From positions 1 to 12,174 of the forward strand of contig NW_021826919.1 in NCBI RefSeq assembly GCF_006345805.1: 12,174 nt of DNA, in the 5' to 3' direction. Shown here one piece after another: positions 8,004 to 12,174 of this stretch. This DNA is from Octopus sinensis (lineage: Eukaryota). A model generated the notes under the pieces. That model did not search any database and was not told where the DNA came from. It was given only the letters and a program-made list of their open reading frames with translations. Each line of letters starts with the position of its first letter. Position 1 is the first letter of the stretch. The translations under genes and the position numbers were made by a program.

Positions 8004-8870
8004 CATCATCATCATCATCATCATCATTTAACGTCCGCTTTCCATGCTAGCATGGGTTGGACGGTTCAACTGGGGTCTGGGGAGCCCGAAGGCTGCACCA
8101 GGCCAGTCAGATCTGGCAGTGTTTCTACAGCTGGATGCCCTTCCTAACGCCAACCACTCCGAGAGTGTAGTGGGTGATTTTATGTGCCACCGACACAGGT
8201 GCCAGACGAGGCTGGCGAACGGCCACGCTCGGATGGTGTTTTTATGTGCCACCGACACAGGTGCCAGACGAGGCTGGCAAACGGCCACGTTCGGATGGTG
8301 TTTTTATGTGCCACCGACACAGGTGCCAGACGAGGCTGACGAACGGCCACGATCGGATGGTGTTTCTTACGTGCCCACAGCACGGAGGCCAGTCGATGCG
8401 GTACTGACTACGGCCACGTTCGGATGGTTTTCTTGTGTGCCACCGGCACTGGTACCACAAAGATACAAATTCCATTGATGTTCATCTATTTTGATTTGAT
8501 TTGATTTGATTTTCACTTGCCTCAACAGTCTTCACAAGTGTCACAAGAAGGAAGGAAGGTATGCACAGGTGAACTGACAACGTCCCAGGTAGGGGCCACG
8601 GGTTATGGCCTGACTAGTCTTGCCGGGTCTTCGGATGATGTTTTTATGTGCCTCCGACACAGGTGCCAGATGGATGGTGTTTGTTACGTGCCCACAGCAC
8701 GGAGGCCAGGCCAGTCGATGCGGTACGGCTTACGGCCACGTTCGGATGGTTTTCTTGTGTGCCACCGGGTCTTTTGCCGGGTCTTCGGATGGTGTTTGTA
8801 TGTGCCACCGACACAGGTGCCAGATGAGGCTGGCGAACGGCCACGATCGGATGGTGTTTGTTATGAGCCC
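8004..8870 (-). mobile_element. Retroposon family C with (GAT)n tail and expanded GC-rich internal minisatellite
   Basis: (CAT)n 8004-8027. Minus strand has GGTTGGCGTTAGGAAGGGCATCCAGCTGTAGAAAC...GCATGGAAAGCGGACGTTAAATGATGATG. No tRNA head is seen. Confidence 0.75.
8178..8870. repeat. 62-bp GC-rich minisatellite in two blocks (8178-8458, 8631-8870)
   Basis: TATGTGCCACCGACACAGGTGCCAGACGAGGCTGG..AACGGCCACG.TCGGATGGTGTTTT starts at 8181, 8243 and 8305, with variant units at 8368 and 8434; reshuffled units follow after 8631. Confidence 0.92.
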
Positions 8871-8890
8871 AAACACCTATATATATATAT

Positions 8891-9299
8891 ACTCTTTACT
8901 CTTTTACTTGTTCCAGTCATTTGACTGCGGCCATGCTGGAAGCACTGCCTTTAGTCGAGCAAATCGACCCAGGACTTATTCTTTGTAAGCCCAGTACTTA
9001 TTCTATCGGTCTCTTTTGCCGAACTGCTAAGTGACGGGGACGTAAACACACCAGCATCTGTTGTCAAGGAATGCTAGCGGGACAAACATAGACACACAAA
9101 AATACACACACATACACATATATATACATATATAGGACAGGCTTCTTTCAGTTTCCGTTTACCAAATCCACTCACAAGGCTTTGGTCGGCCCGAGGCTAT
9201 AGCAGAAGACACTTACCCAAGATGCCACGTAGTGGGACTGAACTCGGAACTATGTGGTTGTTAGCAAGCTACTTACCAACAGTCACTCCTGTGTGCCTG

Positions 9300-9343
<44 letters not shown>

Positions 9344-9750
9344 TATATTGCATATATACATTTATCTATTCTTTTACTTGTTTCAGTCATTGACTGCGAC
9401 CATACTGGAGCACTAACTTTAGTTAAACAAATCGACCCCAGGACTTATTCTTTTTAGGCTAGTACTTATTCTAATCAAATTCTTTTGCCGAACCGCTAAG
9501 CTATGGGGACGTAAGCACACCAACATCGGTTGTCAAGTGATGGTGCGGGGACATACACACACACATACACATATATATACATATATAGGACAGGCTTCTT
9601 TCAGTTTCCGTTTACCAAATCCACTCACAAGGCTTTGGTCGGCCGAGGCTATAGCAGAAGACACTTACCCAAGATGCCACGTAGTGGGACTGAACTCGGA
9701 ACTATGTGGTTGTTAGCAAGCTACTTACCACCACAGTCACTCCTGTGCCT

Positions 9751-9795
<45 letters not shown>

Positions 9796-10190
9796 TATAT
9801 GCATATATACATTTATCTATTCTTTTACTTGTTTCAGTCATTTGACTGCGACCATACTGGAGCACTAACTTTAGTTAAACAAATCGACCCCAGGACTTAT
9901 TCTTTTTAGGCCTAGTACTTATTCTATCAAATTCTTTTGCCGAACCGCTAAGCTATGGGGACGTAAGCACACCAACATCGGTTGTCAAGTGATGGTGCGG
10001 GGACATACACACACACACACATATATACAGCAGGCTTCTTTCAGTTTCCGTCTACCAAATCTACTCACAAACCTTTGGTCGGCCCGGGGCTATAGTAGAA
10101 GACACTTGCCTAGGGTGCCACACAGTGGGACTGAACTTGGTACCATGAGGTTGGTAAGCAAGCTTCTTACCACAAAGCCACTCCTGCACC
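8891..10190 (-). mobile_element. Three head-to-tail SINE family A copies (8891-9297, 9368-9749, 9819-10190)
   Basis: Each copy has tail, internal (CA)(TA) tract and tRNA-like head. The near-identical spacer (TA)nGCATATATACATTTATCTATT occurs at 9350 and 9801 (period 451). Confidence 0.94.
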
Positions 10191-10593
10191 TGCTTACCAC
10201 ATAGCCATACACACATACATAATACATACATACAGACACACACATGTATGTGTGAGTGTGTGTGTGTGTCAACAATTATTGTTGCCAAATTTGTGATAAG
10301 CTCAGAGGAATTCTTGACATTTCTCGTCAAATGAAGAAAACCCGAATGTCAAGACTTAATTAACGAGGCTCTTGGCAAACAAATGATATGCTGGCTCATC
10401 CCTCATTTAGGTCAGCATCCACAGATTCTCACCAAGATTAGTGTGCTATTTCTTGCAAAAAATTGGTTCAGAAATCAAAGAACTTGGTAAATCCACCAAT
10501 GTGGTGGCCACAACATAGCAATTTCAGTTGCTTGTGGAACCCTTAACTTCGCTGTCCCAGTCAGGTGAAATATAACATTTGACCCTTCAGCAT

Positions 10594-10675
10594 TTATCCA
10601 TCTATCTATCTGTCTATCTATCTATCTATCTATCTATTATCTATCTATCTGTCTATCTATCTATCTATCTATCAC

Positions 10676-10744
<69 letters not shown>

Positions 10745-10764
10745 TTATCTATCTATTTATCTAT
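10594..10764. repeat. (TATC)n/(GATA)n microsatellite
   Basis: Direct reading. Confidence 0.98.
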
Positions 10765-11133
10765 TGAAAACAGAGGGTTTCCCACTTGCAAACAAATGTG
10801 GTAACATATAACAATATTGACCGAGGTTACCGTGGTCTTTTCCGTAGGCTTTTCTTCCCACGGATAAACCTTATCTGCTTCCCCCTTTACACAGTACATC
10901 ATAACACTGTGATACACGATCCCTATTGATCGTTTTTTTTCCTTTATCCCCCTTTTTCCTTTTTTTTCTTTTCTTTTGTTTCTTTTCCTTGATTTCTTTT
11001 TTTTCTTCTTTCCCTTTTACGATCCCTTTTGATCGAAAACCTACCCCACTTTTTTTTTTTCAGAAAACAGAAAAGTTCTACTTTGTAATCTGTCACTGCT
11101 GTGTGCAGCCCTGTGTGGCTAATAAAGAAACAT
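10765..11133 (+). mobile_element. Probable 3' UTR of a non-LTR retrotransposon (possibly L1/Tx1-like) inside a (TATC)n array
   Basis: Non-repetitive, T-rich segment with several hairpins and AATAAA at 11121-11126, immediately followed by the microsatellite; the same microsatellite lies on both sides. The clade call is from memory only. Confidence 0.5.
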
Positions 11134-11847
<714 letters not shown>

Positions 11848-12088
11848 CTATATATAGAATTATCCAAATGGAATTTAGGTTATTAAATAAGAAGACAAGA
11901 TGGACTGAATGCTGTTTGCAATAATTTATTAATTCATTCAAATCGTTTCCCCTTACTTTCAATGTTGCTAACAATTACCACCAGGTGATTTATTTCTCTT
12001 TCCATCTCAGAAATTGGAAGATAATTTGCATAAATTAAAACTTTGTCTAGGGCTGTGTTCAATATACCTCCATCAATCTCTCTTTAAG

Positions 12089-12168
12089 ACACACACATAC
12101 ACACATATATATATATATTATATATATATATTTATATTTTATATTTTATATTTTATATTTATATTTCT
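12089..12168. repeat. (CA)n(TA)n(TATTTT)n compound microsatellite
   Basis: Direct reading. Confidence 0.9.
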
Positions 12169-12174
12169 ATGTCT

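Noticed and set aside
8178-8870. CRISPR-like array or repeat protein (ORFs 8044-8478, 8517-8924)
   Set aside because: The units are contiguous tandem copies without unique spacers, there are no cas genes, and the context is eukaryotic. The 62-bp period is not a multiple of 3, so the same peptides rotate through frames.
10312-10354. 10-bp inverted repeat TCTTGACATT/AATGTCAAGA
   Set aside because: Short and isolated, with no TSD or second copy; plausible by chance.

Overview
AT-rich eukaryotic, non-genic DNA made almost entirely of retroposons and microsatellites. The SINE families look like those I recall from Octopus or other coleoid cephalopods (inferred from memory, not searched). No intact host gene is supported. 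The window contains about ten full or partial copies of a tRNA-headed CORE-type SINE (family A), one Meta-domain-like SINE (B) and two copies of a (GAT)n-tailed retroposon (C) that each seeded a minisatellite. It also holds a decayed R4/Dong-type endonuclease fragment next to (TAA)n, an RTE/BovB-like LINE 3' end with nested tandem duplications and an 8-bp TSD, and a probable LINE 3' UTR inside a (TATC)n array. The most interesting part is 5650-6700 (plus 7851-8003): a cluster of degenerate type I hammerhead-ribozyme-like motifs of the Penelope-like-element (PLE) kind, embedded in fold-back inverted repeats including a 92-bp-arm palindrome. All of these motifs carry core mutations or lack half the core, so they are probably inactive here. 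The long ORFs in the track are repeat artefacts, except the RTE frame ending at 3545.
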